Origin: Octopus vulgaris
Taxonomy: Eukaryota
DNA length: 64,000 nucleotides
Assembly: GCA_951406725.2 (NCBI GenBank)
Contig: OX597831.1
Location: 70,866,001-70,930,000 of the forward strand
Direction: 5' to 3'
Shown here: positions 39,795 to 53,789 of the stretch, piece by piece
How the letters are laid out: every line of letters begins with the position of its first letter
Numbering within the stretch: position 1 is the first letter of the stretch
The notes under the pieces: generated by a model
Databases searched by the model: none
Told to the model about the DNA's origin: nothing
The model's input: the letters and a program-made list of their open reading frames with translations, nothing else
Made by a program: the position numbers and the translations under genes

Positions 39795-40142
39795 CTTGCA
39801 TTTGAAGAAAAGTAAATTGTCGTGAATAAATTCACCCTCTATTTTGGGGAAATTAGCAGTCATTTATATCCATTCTGTGTTTCATTGGTTCTTCATTTTA
39901 TCAATTCTGGAAGCATGAAAGGCAAAGTCAGTATCAGCTTCATATGAACTTAAAATGTAAGATAGGGCACCTTACAAACTCTGTCACAACTCCAGACTTA
40001 ATAATCTAATGATACTAGCAAATTTTGGGTTGTGAATTTTGGGGATATATTTTATCTCTAGAGCTATACAACAACAACAAAAAAAAATTTCAAAGAATTC
40101 TTTATTAGGTTTACACGAGTATCAATCATGAAGAAAGCTTAC

Positions 40143-40299
40143 AGGTAATAAATAATATGAGGCAGCATAAATTAGGATGTGTGTAGCTAAATCTCCAACT
40201 CCAAAATTGTTTAATTCATTATCTGAACTAGAATGAATGTTTAAAACATGCCAATACAGGAAAATGAAGATAGATGCAAAATCATTATCAAAGAAAATT
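40143..40299 (-). CDS. Candidate host-gene exon (unknown protein)
   Basis: cttgctattttatag acceptor, CCT/gtaagc donor; open frame IFFDNDFASIFIFLYWHVL..YYLLP. Confidence 0.5.
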
Positions 40300-41045
40300 C
40301 TATAAAATAGCAAGTATTCATGCAAGTATAGACTCCAGACAGAGTGTCCACACAGAGTATATATATTTCAGCATAATTTCTTCTTTTGTCCTTCAAAAGT
40401 ATATATTATTAATTGCTTTTTCTAAATTGATTTTATTTTATTTTCATATGAATTGGTGAAATTTCATTCATATTTTTTGTATCAGTTTTTCAGTTGATAT
40501 ATTCTACTTTTTTTTTTTACTGTATAATCATTTAAGAGTTATAAAAATTTCTCCATAATAAATGGTTTATATATGTGTTTGACTGAGTAGATTTATATAT
40601 ATATATATCATATATAATATCTTGCATATTAGTACATATATGTATGTAGAACTTCGTGTGTGTGCGTGCATGTACTTGTCTATTTAAGTGTTAAAGTATC
40701 CACATTAATGTACATTTAATATTCATGTACATTTGTTCAATATAAAAAAAAATAATGAATATTCAGATTACGTTTTACATGTACCTGTATGTGCCTTCAC
40801 ATCACATCGTTATACATAAAACTGTTGTGGGGTGAGTGTGTGTGTGCATGGCTGTAAAGTTAAGAAATTTACTGTGTCATTTGGGTTCAATCTCACTGTG
40901 TTACACCTTATGACACACTGAATCTTCTAATAAATATTAATTTCAAATTTTAGCACAAGGCCAGCAATTCCAAGGTGGTGAATAAGTCCATTGTTCAACT
41001 GGTACTTATTTCATCAATTCCAAAAGTGTAGGTGTGTTATACTTC

Positions 41046-41093
<48 letters not shown>

Positions 41094-41302
41094 GTTTATA
41101 TATTTGTTGTGCAAGATTTTTTATGTGAAGTCGTGTGTTGAAACAGATATTGTGTGACAAAAGAACTCTGGCCGAAATAAGATTAAGATTAATGTAAAAA
41201 ATAAATAACACTGAAGCAAAATAACACCAAATATATAGTGCGTGTGTTTTTATTGGCTAAACTGGCAAAATGACCATTCCGAAATATATATATATGTATG
41301 TA

Positions 41303-42238
41303 CGAAGGGGTACCCAAAAGTAACCAGAAATGTTCTCTGTGGGACAAGCCCATTGTATTTCAGGCTTCTGCCACTAGAAGCCACTTGATGCAACCCTCAG
41401 GCATCAGCCTGCCAACAGGTGTTGTCCAGTGTGGTCATACTGCCACATGGTGCCATTTTGTTTTGCAGTGCTTCTCTCCGGTTCGTCAATTTTTTCAATG
41501 GCTGAAATGAAGGAACAGCTTGCTTCCATGAAATTCTGTTTTCTGCTGGTGAAAACGGCCACTGAAACAGTTGTCATGCTTCAAACAGCTTACAAGAACA
41601 CTGCCATGAGCAAAACACAAGTTTATGAGTGGTTTTCATGCTTTGGAAATGGTCACTTGTTGCTTGAGGACGAACCTCGTTCAGGGTGACTACTGACCTT
41701 CCAAACTAATGAAGACATCATAAAAATTCATTAACTGATCTTGGAGGGCCATCACTGAACAATTGACGAACTTGTTGATATGACTGGTGTGCCCTGGAGC
41801 TCCTGCCAACAAATTCTGTGTGAGGAATTGCAAATGAAAAGAGTTGTGACGAAATTTTCACCTTGCTTGCTCACAGATCAAAAGCAGTCACAATTGAATG
41901 CATGTCTTAAACTGAAAGAACAATTGGAAGTTGATCTGGATCTTTTTTCCAAAAGTCATCACTGGTGACAAAAGCTGGTGCTATGGAATTTGCAGATGTA
42001 GAAGAGATGAAGAAAAAAGTGACAAAATCTGGTCTGTTATATGACATGGTGTGTGTGTGGGGGGGGCGTTTATTAAAAGGTATCACTTCGCTAGAATTTC
42101 AGCACTGCTTCCAACAGTAGAAAACACACCTGGACAGATGCATTGCTTCAAATGCAGAATACTTTGATAAAAGTGTAAACATATAAAAGTGAATGGAATA
42201 ATATTGCAGAATTCTGGTTTCTTTTGGGCACCTTCTTG
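41303..42238 (+). mobile_element. Internally deleted mariner element
   Basis: TIRs cgaaggggtacccaaaagtaaccagaa / ttctggtttcttttgggcaccttcttg; MSKTQVYEWF..EDEPRSG, ITGDKSWCYG, C-terminal LDRCIASNAEYF. Confidence 0.88.
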
Positions 42239-42519
42239 TGTGTGTGTGTGTTATACTTCATATATATATATATATATATATACTTGTATATCATCATCAT
42301 CATCATCATGAACATTTAACGTCCATCTCCCATTTTGTCTTGTGTTGGATGGCTTGACAAGAAATGGCAAGGCCAGGAAGCACACCATGTTCCATAGTCC
42401 ATTTTGGCTTGGTTTCTACAGCTGGACAACAACCATTTTTAGAGTTTAACTGAATACCCTTTAAGTGACACTATCACTTGTGCTTATTACATGGCACCAG
42501 CACCGGTACTTATTACATG

Positions 42520-42558
<39 letters not shown>

Positions 42559-42682
42559 GTGTGTGTATGTGAGTGTGTGTGTGTGTATGTCTATTTGTTT
42601 CCACTTCTTTTTTAGAAATGGGTCAAAAGTAATTATTTTACTGCCAGATGCCCTTTCTGTTAGCAACACTTTAGCTGTTTAC

Positions 42683-42975
42683 AAACAAGCAAGTCTTCCC
42701 TTCTGCACATCTTCAAAAGTGCACAAGGTTACCCTGCAGTTTGTTGACAGAGAAATGATAACAAAGAACATTAACCATCTCTCATACGAGCATGGAATGT
42801 AAATATTCTTTGACACACATGATTGTTGTACAGCATAACAAAAAACTAAATGGCATTTATTTTCTTTATTAATATAATCCATTATCAACATGAAATTGGA
42901 AGTCATGATGGAAATAACTTTCAAGTTTACAATCAACCTGTTATAATGGAGATTGAAAATATTTGGGATGATAGC
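42683..42975 (-). CDS. Candidate host-gene exon (unknown protein)
   Basis: 293-bp open frame AIIPNIFNLHY..GRLAC; a weak phase-2 donor matches the phase of the 40299 acceptor. Confidence 0.3.
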
Positions 42976-43249
42976 CTGCAATGTGCTTTATTCTGCTCAC
43001 CTGAAATCATTATGTTATGCAACGATCATGTGCAAGATATTAAATGGTTAAAAAGTTGTGGATTGAATTTCTTTCTGAATAAAAAAAATCTAAAAGCCTA
43101 CATCAACAGAGTAGCAATCTATACCTTTTAAAATGTATGGCTGTAAATTTTTATGAAAAAATGCACTCTATTAAGAAACATTATGGAAAGAAACAAAAAT
43201 CAAGAGGTGGGCTGCTACACTGTATCTTCACACACACACACACATACAC

Positions 43250-44714
43250 ACCATGTCATATAACAGACCAGATTTTGTTTACCGTGTCAACTATTTTGAA
43301 AAGTTGACAATGCATAGATGGCATTTCATAGAAAAATGGAAAAAATTATGGAATGGATTTTCTGAACATGATTTTAATAACCAACATAAATTAAATTATG
43401 TATCAGAAAGAGAACTCAAACAAAGAATTCATTCAAATAGATGCATTGGAACTTTTTTCTATATAAACAAAATGAAGCAAAGGATGTTCACAGCTAATAT
43501 TTTATGCCACCAAAACCAGATGATTTTATTTTGGGGTGAAAGTGGGTTGGCATTCTATGATATCTCTTATCAGAGTTGGACAAACTTTTGTCTCACTGGG
43601 ATCCTGCACTTGAAACTTATGGAAGTTAAGCAAAAAAGACTTCATGCACAATATTTGTAAGCAGAATCACAAAAAAAATTTTTTTCTTTTGCTCCTATTT
43701 TGCTCCTATTTTGTTTTGAAATACATATTCTTAGAAAGATCAAATGCAAAATACCATTCAGTAATATCTGATGCAATATCTGATTCTATACATGTCAAAC
43801 AGGTAACATATATCATGCCTTACCTTTAAAGTATGGATTGTGAGTTTAAGATTTGAGAGAGATTTTATCTTAGGAAGACTATAGTGAGAAAACAGGTTCT
43901 GACATTGCAAACCTGATAGAGGAAGCTGCGAATTACAATTGCATTTACTCGGAAAATTGCAGGAGTCTTGGAAACTATAGGATCAAAATGGCAATCAAGT
44001 ATAAGGGAGTATAAAAGAAAACCAGACAATGGATCCCAACACTTAAGCAGAATCATTATTTTGGACATCCACATTTTTATGTCATTATTAATTCAGTCAA
44101 TGAAAATTTAAAGCTAAAAGGAAAATCTCTGGCATACAACTGAAAATACCTCACTATGGGAAAATCTCACAGAGTATGTTTTCAACAGTTTACAGTATTG
44201 ATGTTAATGGCAAAGGACTTTCAAAGAAATTTATCAACATGGAAACTATAATAACACGGCAGAAACTTTAGGAAACTTCAACTTATACCCATCAATTTAC
44301 TCTGCAAAATATATAAACTGGGAAATATTTTTCCATAACTTTGTCTTTTACTTTGGATTTTTCTCCTGATGCCTGCAATGGCAGTCTCAGCAGAACATTC
44401 ATTTCAGTAAGCTTAAACTGATAATGAACTATCTCAAAACAAACATGTCACTAGGTTGCTTGGTGGTCTTAACTCAACACAGCACTGAATTAGATCTCAG
44501 TGGAACTATTGATTTCAGATATATCATAGAAAACTTTGCACACAAGAAAGCATGTAAGGCACTCCTGTAAAAGTGAAAACCCAGTCATTCACTCTATAAT
44601 CTTTGATAATAAATAAATAATTAAAATTATTTATTAGTTTTTGGCTTTAATAGTTTGGGGTTGAGACTCTAAGGCAGACCTGCTCTGGGATTAATTCTTA
44701 CTCTTGGCAGCCTT
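43250..44714 (+). mobile_element. Heavily decayed hAT transposon (Tip100/ZMYM1-like transposase)
   Basis: Fragments ILFWGESGLAF, AKYHSVISD..HVKQVTYI..ERF, KTGSDIA, and dimerisation domain SAEHSF-SKLKLIMNYLKTNMS..IIENFAHKK (stop at 44570). Confidence 0.8.
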
Positions 44715-45460
44715 TCTAATCTTTTCCTTTTATTCCTGAATGTCTTTTAGAATCAATCACTTTGTTTCAGAATACTATTTTTGCTGATTTCATAATTTAG
44801 ATTAAATCAAAGATAGAACATTGTCATGAGTTGACCAGGGGTCAGGATTGGACAACTGATGCTAGCTGGACATTGTTTGAGATAAGAGAGAGGAACAACT
44901 TATATAAATGTCGAAGTATTATGTTTTATTGTCGTTGATGTTGCCCCAGGTTAAATCTGGCAAACAGAGCTACAATAACAAGATATTCCAGCCAAACGGA
45001 TTTCAGCCACTGTACATCTAGGACAACATTATCCAATGTATCAAGTTTTTCTTAGAAGGAAGGGTGTCATAATACAGATTTTGAATGTACTTTATTAACA
45101 AAGCAAACAACTACTCTGACACTTCTCGGAAATTGTTATTTCTTAGCACCAGGTCAGACCTGATCGTGGTTATTCTGGCCTTGATTATCCTGTCTATTTA
45201 GGGTCATGCAAGAGTAATAAAGCAAATTTATGGCATTAGATATTTTTACCTTAGGCTTAACCAAATATTGCTTCTATTTCAAACTATTCACACTCATTGT
45301 TTACATTTCTTAATTTTACATGACACGTAAATGCCTGCATTGTACAATAATACTCCTCCACATACCTACCTTCATTCATATATGAATGTGTGTGTGTAGA
45401 TCGATCGATAGATAGATAGATAGATAGATAGGTAGATAAATAATGAGTGTAATGTATATT

Positions 45461-45869
45461 CTTTCTTTTCTTTTTTCTTTTACTTCTTTCAGTCATTTGA
45501 CTGCGGCCATGCTGGAGCACCGCCTTTAGTCGAGCAACTCGACCCCAGGACTTATTCTTTTGTAAGCCCAGTACTTATTCTATCGGTCACTTTTGCCGAA
45601 CCGCTAAGTAACGGGGACATAAGCACACCAGCATCGGTTGTCAAGCAATGCTAGGGGACAAACACAGACACACAAATACACACTCGCATACATATATATA
45701 CATATATACGACGGGCTTCTTTCAGTTTCCATCTACCAAATCCACTCACAAGGCTTTGGTCGGCCCGAGGCTATAGTAGAAGACACTTGCCCAAGGTGCC
45801 ACGCAGTGGGACTGAACCCGCAACCATGTGGTTGGTAGACAAGCTACTTACCATACAGCCACTCCTGCG

Positions 45870-45872
<3 letters not shown>
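45461..45872 (-). mobile_element. Full-length SINE family A
   Basis: Reverse complement colinear with 8341-8755; CpGs largely retained. Confidence 0.92.
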
Positions 45873-45912
<40 letters not shown>

Positions 45913-46040
45913 GTCTCAGTGTCTGCCTTCCAATTGCTGTTTTTACTGAGATCTCCCTTTTTAGTAGAAGAAATAGCTATAACTCTTTGACTGCTATTTC
46001 TAAATTCGGTATGTGGTAAGGCAATTCGTTGCCAAACCCT

Positions 46041-46086
<46 letters not shown>

Positions 46087-46429
46087 CATATATTGTGTCA
46101 AAAGTTGACAATCTACTCTGAGTTTCACACTTGGCTGTTTATGTTTATATAGATATTTATAGGTGAGTTTGTTGTGTGTGTGTGTGGTGAGGTGTCTGTG
46201 TGTGTGTGCATGTGTGCATGTATGTGCGTGTGAGAACATATTATTTTCAAGTATATTTATCTAGCATTTCCATCACGAAATTTCAACTTCATTACCTTAT
46301 ATGGCAAATGTCATACTTGATGGTGTTGTCAGATAATTCTCCCATTGACTTTTTCATATTCAATTTTTTTTAATATTTTTTAACATAATGAACTGAAAGT
46401 AAATAATATTTCTATAATATAAAAGTAAT

Positions 46430-46433
46430 GAAA

Positions 46434-46473
<40 letters not shown>

Positions 46474-46485
46474 TTATTTTCATTA

Positions 46486-46541
<56 letters not shown>

Positions 46542-46550
46542 ATATATGTA

Positions 46551-46611
<61 letters not shown>

Positions 46612-46806
46612 CAGTTGATACTTTGAAATTTTATAAATAGTTTGAATATCTTTTTTTGTATTAAGTGTAAGGAACTCAGATTAAATAGTCTGTCCGAAAC
46701 CAAGAAAAATGCCAGATTTTATTATTTATACCAGATTTTAAGAAAATTCATCTAAAGAATGTGATATAAATAACCATCAATATTGATTGTCAGTATAGAT
46801 ATGGTA

Positions 46807-46895
<89 letters not shown>

Positions 46896-47161
46896 CATGC
46901 AAATGTGTGTGTATATAAATATATGTATGAATATATATTTATACTTATGTCTATGTATTTATCTATCTATACACACACACACACACACATATACACACAT
47001 ACAAATGTATAATATATATATATATACAGACATATACAATATATATATACATATACGTATATATATATATATATATATATTTATTTATTTATTTATTTAT
47101 TTACACATACATATATATTATATCCATATATACATATGTATATATGTATATATACATATGT

Positions 47162-47214
<53 letters not shown>

Positions 47215-47250
47215 TACATACATACATACTATATATACACATATGTAATA
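46430..47250. repeat. (TA)n/(TG)n low-complexity field
   Basis: Direct reading. Confidence 0.9.
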
Positions 47251-47577
47251 TGTTCATGTGATAGTAAAATCACAGGACTTTCTTTTCTTTCACCAGCATT
47301 TGATTTTTGTATTTTTATTTTGTTTTGTTTTTTACCTTTTTATGCATGCCAGACAAATGGTGATATATTCTTCTCTGTTGAGTGAGAGTTTCTCATAGTA
47401 CTTTGTTTTCTGATCTGCAAAACAGATTACAATCCTATTGATTGGCAACTAAGATTTTAAACCAAATAATGCACCAGAATAATAACATTTGGGAATAATA
47501 TATCCAGAGGAGATGACATGATGGAATCTGTTAATACTAGCTGAGCAAATAAAAATTCTAATAAATTGTTCTGTAAT

Positions 47578-47895
<318 letters not shown>

Positions 47896-47926
47896 TCTGT
47901 CTATTTATTCATATATCCACCAGTGT

Positions 47927-50900
47927 ATCATCATCATCATCATCATCATCATTTAGCGTCCGTTTTCCATGCTAGCATGGGTTGGACGGTTCAACTGGGG
48001 TCTGGGGAGCCCGAAGGCTGCACCAGGCCAGTCAGATCTGGCAGTGTTTCTACAGCTGGATGCCCTTCCTAACGCCAACCACTCCGAGAGTGTAGTGGGT
48101 GATTTTATGTGCCACCGACACAGGTGCCAGACGAGGCTGGCGAACGGCCACGCTCGGATGGTGTTTTTATGTGCCACCGACACAGGTGCCAGACGAGGCT
48201 GGCAGACGGCCACGCTCGGATGGTGTTTTTATGTGCCACCGACACAGGTGCCAGATGAGGCTGGCGGACGGCCACGATCGGATGGTGTTTGTTACGTCCC
48301 CAAAGCACGGAGGCCAGTCTATGCGGTACTGGCTACGGCCACGTTCGGATGATTTTCTTGTGTGCCACCGGCACTGGTACCACAAAGATACAAATTCCAT
48401 TGATGTTCATCTATTTTGATTTGTTTTGATTTGATTTGATTTGATTTTCACTTGCCTCAACAGGTCTTCACAAGTGTCACAAGAAGGAAGGTATGCACAG
48501 GTGGACTGACTACGTCCCAGGTAGGGGCCACGGGTTATGGCCTGACTAGTCTTGCCGGGTCTTCGGATGGTGTTTTTATGTGCCACCGACACAGGTGCCA
48601 GATGAGGCTGGCGAACGGCCACGATCGGATGGTGTTTGTTGCGTGCCCACAGCACGGAGGCCAGTCGATGCGGTACTGGCTACGGCCACGTTCGGATGGT
48701 TTTCTTGTGTGCCACCGGCACTGGTACCACAAGATACAAATTCCATTGATGTTCATCTATTTTGATTTGATTTGATTTGATTTTCACTTGCCTCAACAGG
48801 TCTTCACAGGTCTTCACAAGTGTCACAAGAAGGAAGGAAGGTATGCACAGGTGGACTGACTACGTCCCAAGTAGGGGCCATGGGTTATGGCCTGACTAGT
48901 CTTGCCGGGTCTTCGGTTGGTGTTTTTATGTGCCACCGACACAGGTGCCAGATGAGGCTGGCGGACGGCCACGATCGGATGGTGTTTGTTATGTGCCCAC
49001 ATCACAGAGGCCAGTCGATGCGGTACTGGCTACGGCCACGTTCGGATGGTTTTCTTGTGTGCCACCGGTACTGGTACCACAAAGATACAAATTCCATTGA
49101 TGTTCATCTATTTTGATTTGGTTTGATTTGATTTGATTTGATTTTGATTTTGATTTTCACTTGCCTCAACAGGTCTTCACAAGTGTCGTAAGTAGGAAGG
49201 TATGCACAGGTGGACTGACTACGTCGCCGGGTCTTCGGATGGTGTTTTTATGTGCCACCGACACAGGTGCCAGATGAGGCTGGCGAACGGCCACGATCGG
49301 ATGGTTTTCTTGTGTGCCACCGGTACTGGAACCACAAAGATACAAATTCCATTGATGTTCATCTATTTTGATTTGGTTTGATTTTCACTTGCCTCAACAG
49401 GTCTTCGCAAGTTTGGTTTGATTTTCACTTGCCTCAACAGGTCTTCACAAGTGTCACACGTGTCACACACTTGCCTCAACACGTCTCCACAAGTGTCACA
49501 CACTTGCCTCTGCCTCAACAGGTCTTCACAAAGTGTCACACACTTGCCTCTGCCTCAACAGGTCTTCACAAGTGTCACACACTTGCCTCAACAGGTCTTC
49601 ACAAGTGTCATAAGAGGGAAGGTATGCACAGGTGGACTGACTACGTCGCCGGGTCTTCGGATGGTGTTTTTATGTGCCACCGACACAGGTGCCAGATGAG
49701 GCTGGCGAACGGCCACGATCAGATGGTGTTTGTTGTGCCCACAGCACGGAGGCCAGTCGATGCGGTACTGGCTACGGCCACGTTCGGATGGTTTTCTTGT
49801 GTGCCACCGGTACTGGAACCACAAAGATACAAATTCCATTGATGTTCATCTATTTTGATTTGGTTTGATTTGATTTTTGATTTTCACTTGCCTCAACAGG
49901 TCTTCACAAGGGTCACACACTTGCCTCAACAGGTCTCCACAAGTGTCACACAACTTGCCTCTGCCTCAACAGGTCTTCACAAGTGTCATAAGAGGGAAGG
50001 TATGCACAGGTGGACTGACTACGTCGCCGGGTCCTCGGATGGTGTCTTTATGTGCCACCGACACAGGTGCCAGATGAGGCTGGCGAACGGCCACGATCGG
50101 ATGGTGTTTGTTGTGCCCACAGCACGGAGGCCAGTCGATGCGGTACTGGCTACGGCCACGTTTGGGTGGCTTTCTTGTGTGCCACCGGCACTGGTACCAC
50201 AAAGAATACAATTCCACTGATGTTCATCTATTTTGATTTGTTTTGATTTGATTTGATTTTCACTTGCCTCAACAGGTCTTCATAAGTGTCACAAGAAGGA
50301 AGGTATGCACAGGAGGACTGACTACGTCCCAGGTAGGGGCCACGGGTTATGGCCTGACTAGTCTTGCCGGGTCTTCTCACGCACAGCATACTTCCATAGG
50401 TCTCGGTCTCTAGACATTTCCTTAGTGAGACCTAAAGTTCGAAGGTCGTGCTTCACCACCTCGTCCCAGGTTTTCCTGGGTCTACCTCTTCCACAGGTTC
50501 CCTCAACTGCTAGGGTGTAGCACTTTTGCACACAACTATCTTCAGCCTTTCTCGTCACATGACCATACCAGCGCAGCCGTCTCTCTTGCACACCACAACT
50601 GACGCTTCTTAGGTTCAACTTTTCTCTCAAGGAACTTACACTCTGACGATTATGAACACTGACATTACACATCCATCGGAGCATACTGCCTTCATTTCTT
50701 GCGAGCTTACGCATATCCTCAGCAGTCACGGCCCATGTTTCACTACCATGTAGCATGGCTGTACGTACACATGCATCATACAGTCTGCCTTTTACTCTGA
50801 GCGAGAGGCCTTTTGTCACCAGCAGGGGTAAGAGCTCTCTAAACTTTGCCCAGGCTATTCTTACTCTAGCAGTTACACTTTCAGCACACCCACCCCCGCT

Positions 50901-51435
50901 ACTGACTTGGTCTCCTAGGTAGCGGAAGCTATCAACTACTTCTAGTTTGTCTCCCTGGAACGTGGCAGAAGTTGGTCTCTGCACATTTCCAGTGTTTATT
51001 GCTCCTGAGCATTTGCCACAGACAAAAACTATTTTCCTAGTTAGCCTTCCTTTGACATTGCTGCACCTCTTATGTGTCCATAGCTTACACTTGGTGCATC
51101 TTATAGAGTTTCTACCTACACCTTTTTTACAGATCGAGCAGGGCCATCTACCTGAAGGCGTTTGTGATTGATCTACCTTCCTACTTATTAGGACTTTGGT
51201 TTTGGCTAGGTTGATTCTAAGGCCCTTCGATTCTAATCCTTGTTTCCACACCTGAAACTTCTCCTCCAGTTCTGATAGTGACTCAGCAATTAGAGCAAGG
51301 TCGTCAGCATAGAGGAGCTCCCAGGGGCAACCTGTCTTGAATTCCTCCGTTATTGCCTGGAGGACTATGATAAATAGGAGGGGACTGAGGACTGAACCTT
51401 GGTGGACCCCAACCTCTACCCGGAATTCTTCACTC
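47927..51435 (-). mobile_element. 5'-truncated RTE LINE with tandemly amplified 3' UTR
   Basis: RT ORF, 2.4-kb repeat-structured 3' region and (GAT)n tail. Confidence 0.93.
50358..51434 (-). CDS. RTE reverse transcriptase C-terminal half with an inserted PHD-type finger
   Basis: GVHQGSVLSPLLF, LLYADDL, GLRINLAKTK, FRYLG, GSETW, LRWYGHV, GRPRKTW; C4HC3 motif. The first ~33 codons of the listed ORF lie in the Merlin element. Confidence 0.93.
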   Translation of the reverse strand, partial: SEEFRVEVGVHQGSVLSPLLFIIVLQAITEEFKTGCPWELLYADDLALIAESLSELEEKFQVWKQGLESKGLRINLAKTKVLISRKVDQSQTPSGRWPCSICKKGVGRNSIRCTKCKLWTHKRCSNVKGRLTRKIVFVCGKCSGAINTGNVQRPTSATFQGDKLEVVDSFRYLGDQVSSGGGCAESVTARVRIAWAKFRELLPLLVTKGLSLRVKGRLYDACVRTAMLHGSETWAVTAEDMRKLARNEGSMLRWMCNVSVHNRQSVSSLREKLNLRSVSCGVQERRLRWYGHVTRKAEDSCVQKCYTLAVEGTCGRGRPRKTWDEVVKHDLRTLGLTKEMSRDRDLWKYAVREKTRQD

Positions 51436-52494
51436 TTTATGGTTATCATCTCTGTGTACAATTTTGTTCCAATTGTTTTCAAATTTGGTATATGGATTAA
51501 GTTTTGTATACTAATTATGAAAATGAAATTCATTTTTCCTATAAATCTATAATAAAAAAGTTATTAACCTTTAAACTTTGCAAAATTTGGGTATCTTAGC
51601 CAATCAGAAGTGTGTATTTTACACATCACCATTAACTTCTGTTAGTATAGTAAGTAAAGAAGCACCACATGTTCCGTAGCTGATTTCAAAGAGCTCTGTT
51701 TCCATAGCAACCAAAGATGCTGCACATGCACACAAGGAGTGTAAACAAGGCCTGCCTACAACACTCAGTTCTTCCAGGGACCACTACGTTCAGTGACCTG
51801 CGGCAAACTTATAATCATATCCCAGAAATCATGGGCTATGATTTCAAACATAAAACTGTGAACCATAGCATATTGAATTTATAAACTCAAAAGATGGGAC
51901 TCACCCTCAACAAACTGAGAATACCTGGGAATCTTTAAAGTGTGAAAACAAATGCCAGTGTGGGACACACCGTTCTATGGTTGACTCTTATTTTTGTGAA
52001 TTTATGTGGAGAAGGAGATATGAGAAAGATAATATATTTTATAAAATCCTAGAGTGTATTGCAAACTTTCGTTCTTGAATTTTTTTAACTAATAAATGTC
52101 TGTTTAAAGCAATGTTTTGATTGTTATTTCTAGCAACTCCTGTTGGTTTGCTCGTAGCTTTTAGATATTTAATTTGTTCGCGAATCTTTTAATGTCTTTC
52201 TCTATTTACTGTTGCTAGTTCAGTGTTTGACATGCTGGTGCGCCCCACCCCTGCAATCTCACTACTGTGACAGATAATGGAAGAGGCAGCAAATGCACTG
52301 TTTTCTTGGTTGAAAATTCTGGTTGAAAATTCTGACAATTACCAAACTTTGAACACCTGTAACATTTTCACAAAATCTTTCCGGAATAAATGAATAACAA
52401 ATTCAGATTTGGTGTCAAAAATTACATCTATGTGATACATTAAAAAATATTTTTTAGAGATTTCGACGTGCTATGACGATAACCACAAAGATCC
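51434..52494 (+). mobile_element. Internally deleted Merlin (IS1016-like) DNA transposon
   Basis: VLPGTTTFSD..HKTVNHS..GTHPQQTENTWESLK..DSYFCEFMWRRRY (51756-52078, one frameshift); TIRs tctttatggttatcatc / gacgataaccacaaagatcc. Confidence 0.85.
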
Positions 52495-52516
52495 ACATCA
52501 GTTTGCTTTTATTTCT

Positions 52517-52754
52517 TATTTCTTTACTGCCCACAAGGGGCTAAACATAGAGAGAACAAAGAAGGACAGACAAAGGGATTAAGACGATTACATCGACCCC
52601 AGTGCGTAACTGGTACTTAATTTATCGACCCCGAAAGGATGAAAGGCAAAGTCGACCTCGACGGAATTTGAACTCAGAACCTAACGGCAGACGAAATACC
52701 GCTAAGCATTTCGCCCGGTGTGCTAACGTTTCTGCCAGCTCACCGCCTTCCCAC
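52517..52754 (-). mobile_element. Full-length SINE family B with 15-bp TSD
   Basis: TSD tttgcttttatttct at 52502 and 52755. Confidence 0.92.
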
Positions 52755-53088
52755 TTTGCTTTTATTTCTGAAACACAGGTTGACTGAAGGATGTAGAATT
52801 ATGTGAACAATTATCCTAATTAATGTGTGCATGCATGCAGGTATGTGTGTGTGTGTTGTGTGGTGTGTGTGTGTTGTGTGTTGTGTGTGTGTGTGTGTAT
52901 GTACATATAAACAACCTTTGATATATACATAGATATATACAGAAATACATTATGCCCAGCTTTACATTCCTTATATGAACTCACAGAAATAAAAAATATA
53001 TTTTGTATGTTATGTAGTATAATGTGGTTTATGGGTGTGTTTTCATGCTTCTGTATATGTATGCATGTAAGTATAGTGTTTCATTTTA

Positions 53089-53124
<36 letters not shown>

Positions 53125-53789
53125 GATATTTATATATATATATATTAATATTTATATTTGAATGTTAAATTTGGGTTTATTTTAAAGAAATTTTAGAAAT
53201 AACAACAAAACATTTGTCCATCTTATACTCAATACTAACAATAGAGTAAAATTCATTTTAAAATTAGTTTTGGACTGAGTCTTCAAGTTTCACTTTAAGT
53301 TATTGGGTGAAATTTTGAAGGCCTTACAAAATTGACATTCACAATAATAAATAAATATTTTCTTCATATTTTAAAATGTATTAAGTCCTCTACTGGTAAG
53401 CTATCTTCTTAATTGCTTTTGTTAAAATTAAATTCTCAAAATGCGACAAGATATTGGATTCTGTATTATATAACTTGGGACTCACAGAGAAAATAAATTT
53501 AACATATGGAGAGATGCTCAGAAAGGCAACACTTTCATATATGAAGGAGGGGGTGCCTGTATTTTATCATTCATCATCATAATTATTCCAATATTCACAT
53601 TTTCCTCCTCACACAGTAGGTTTTCTAAGGCTGGATGCCCCTCCTGTAGCCAAACTTCACCTGTTTCCAAGCAAGGTAATGTTTCCCCATGACCAAATAT
53701 GATTACACAGAAGTTTACATCTATCATGCAAAGTCAAGGCAAGGGGACAGTAACACACACACACACACTCACACATGCATACATACATA

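Noticed and set aside
41090-41285. (TA)n-flanked fragment resembling the start of the 19.3-kb element, with GGCCGAAA
   Set aside because: Probably a rearranged PLE-end fragment, but no complete ribozyme core is visible.
48440-48480. CUGUUGA..GAAA on the minus strand of the RTE UTR unit as a hammerhead
   Set aside because: A6 is missing, no stem II forms between the segments, and there is no stem III.
48100-50340. CRISPR-like regular repeats
   Set aside because: Spacers are not unique, there are no cas genes, and the context is a eukaryotic LINE 3' UTR.
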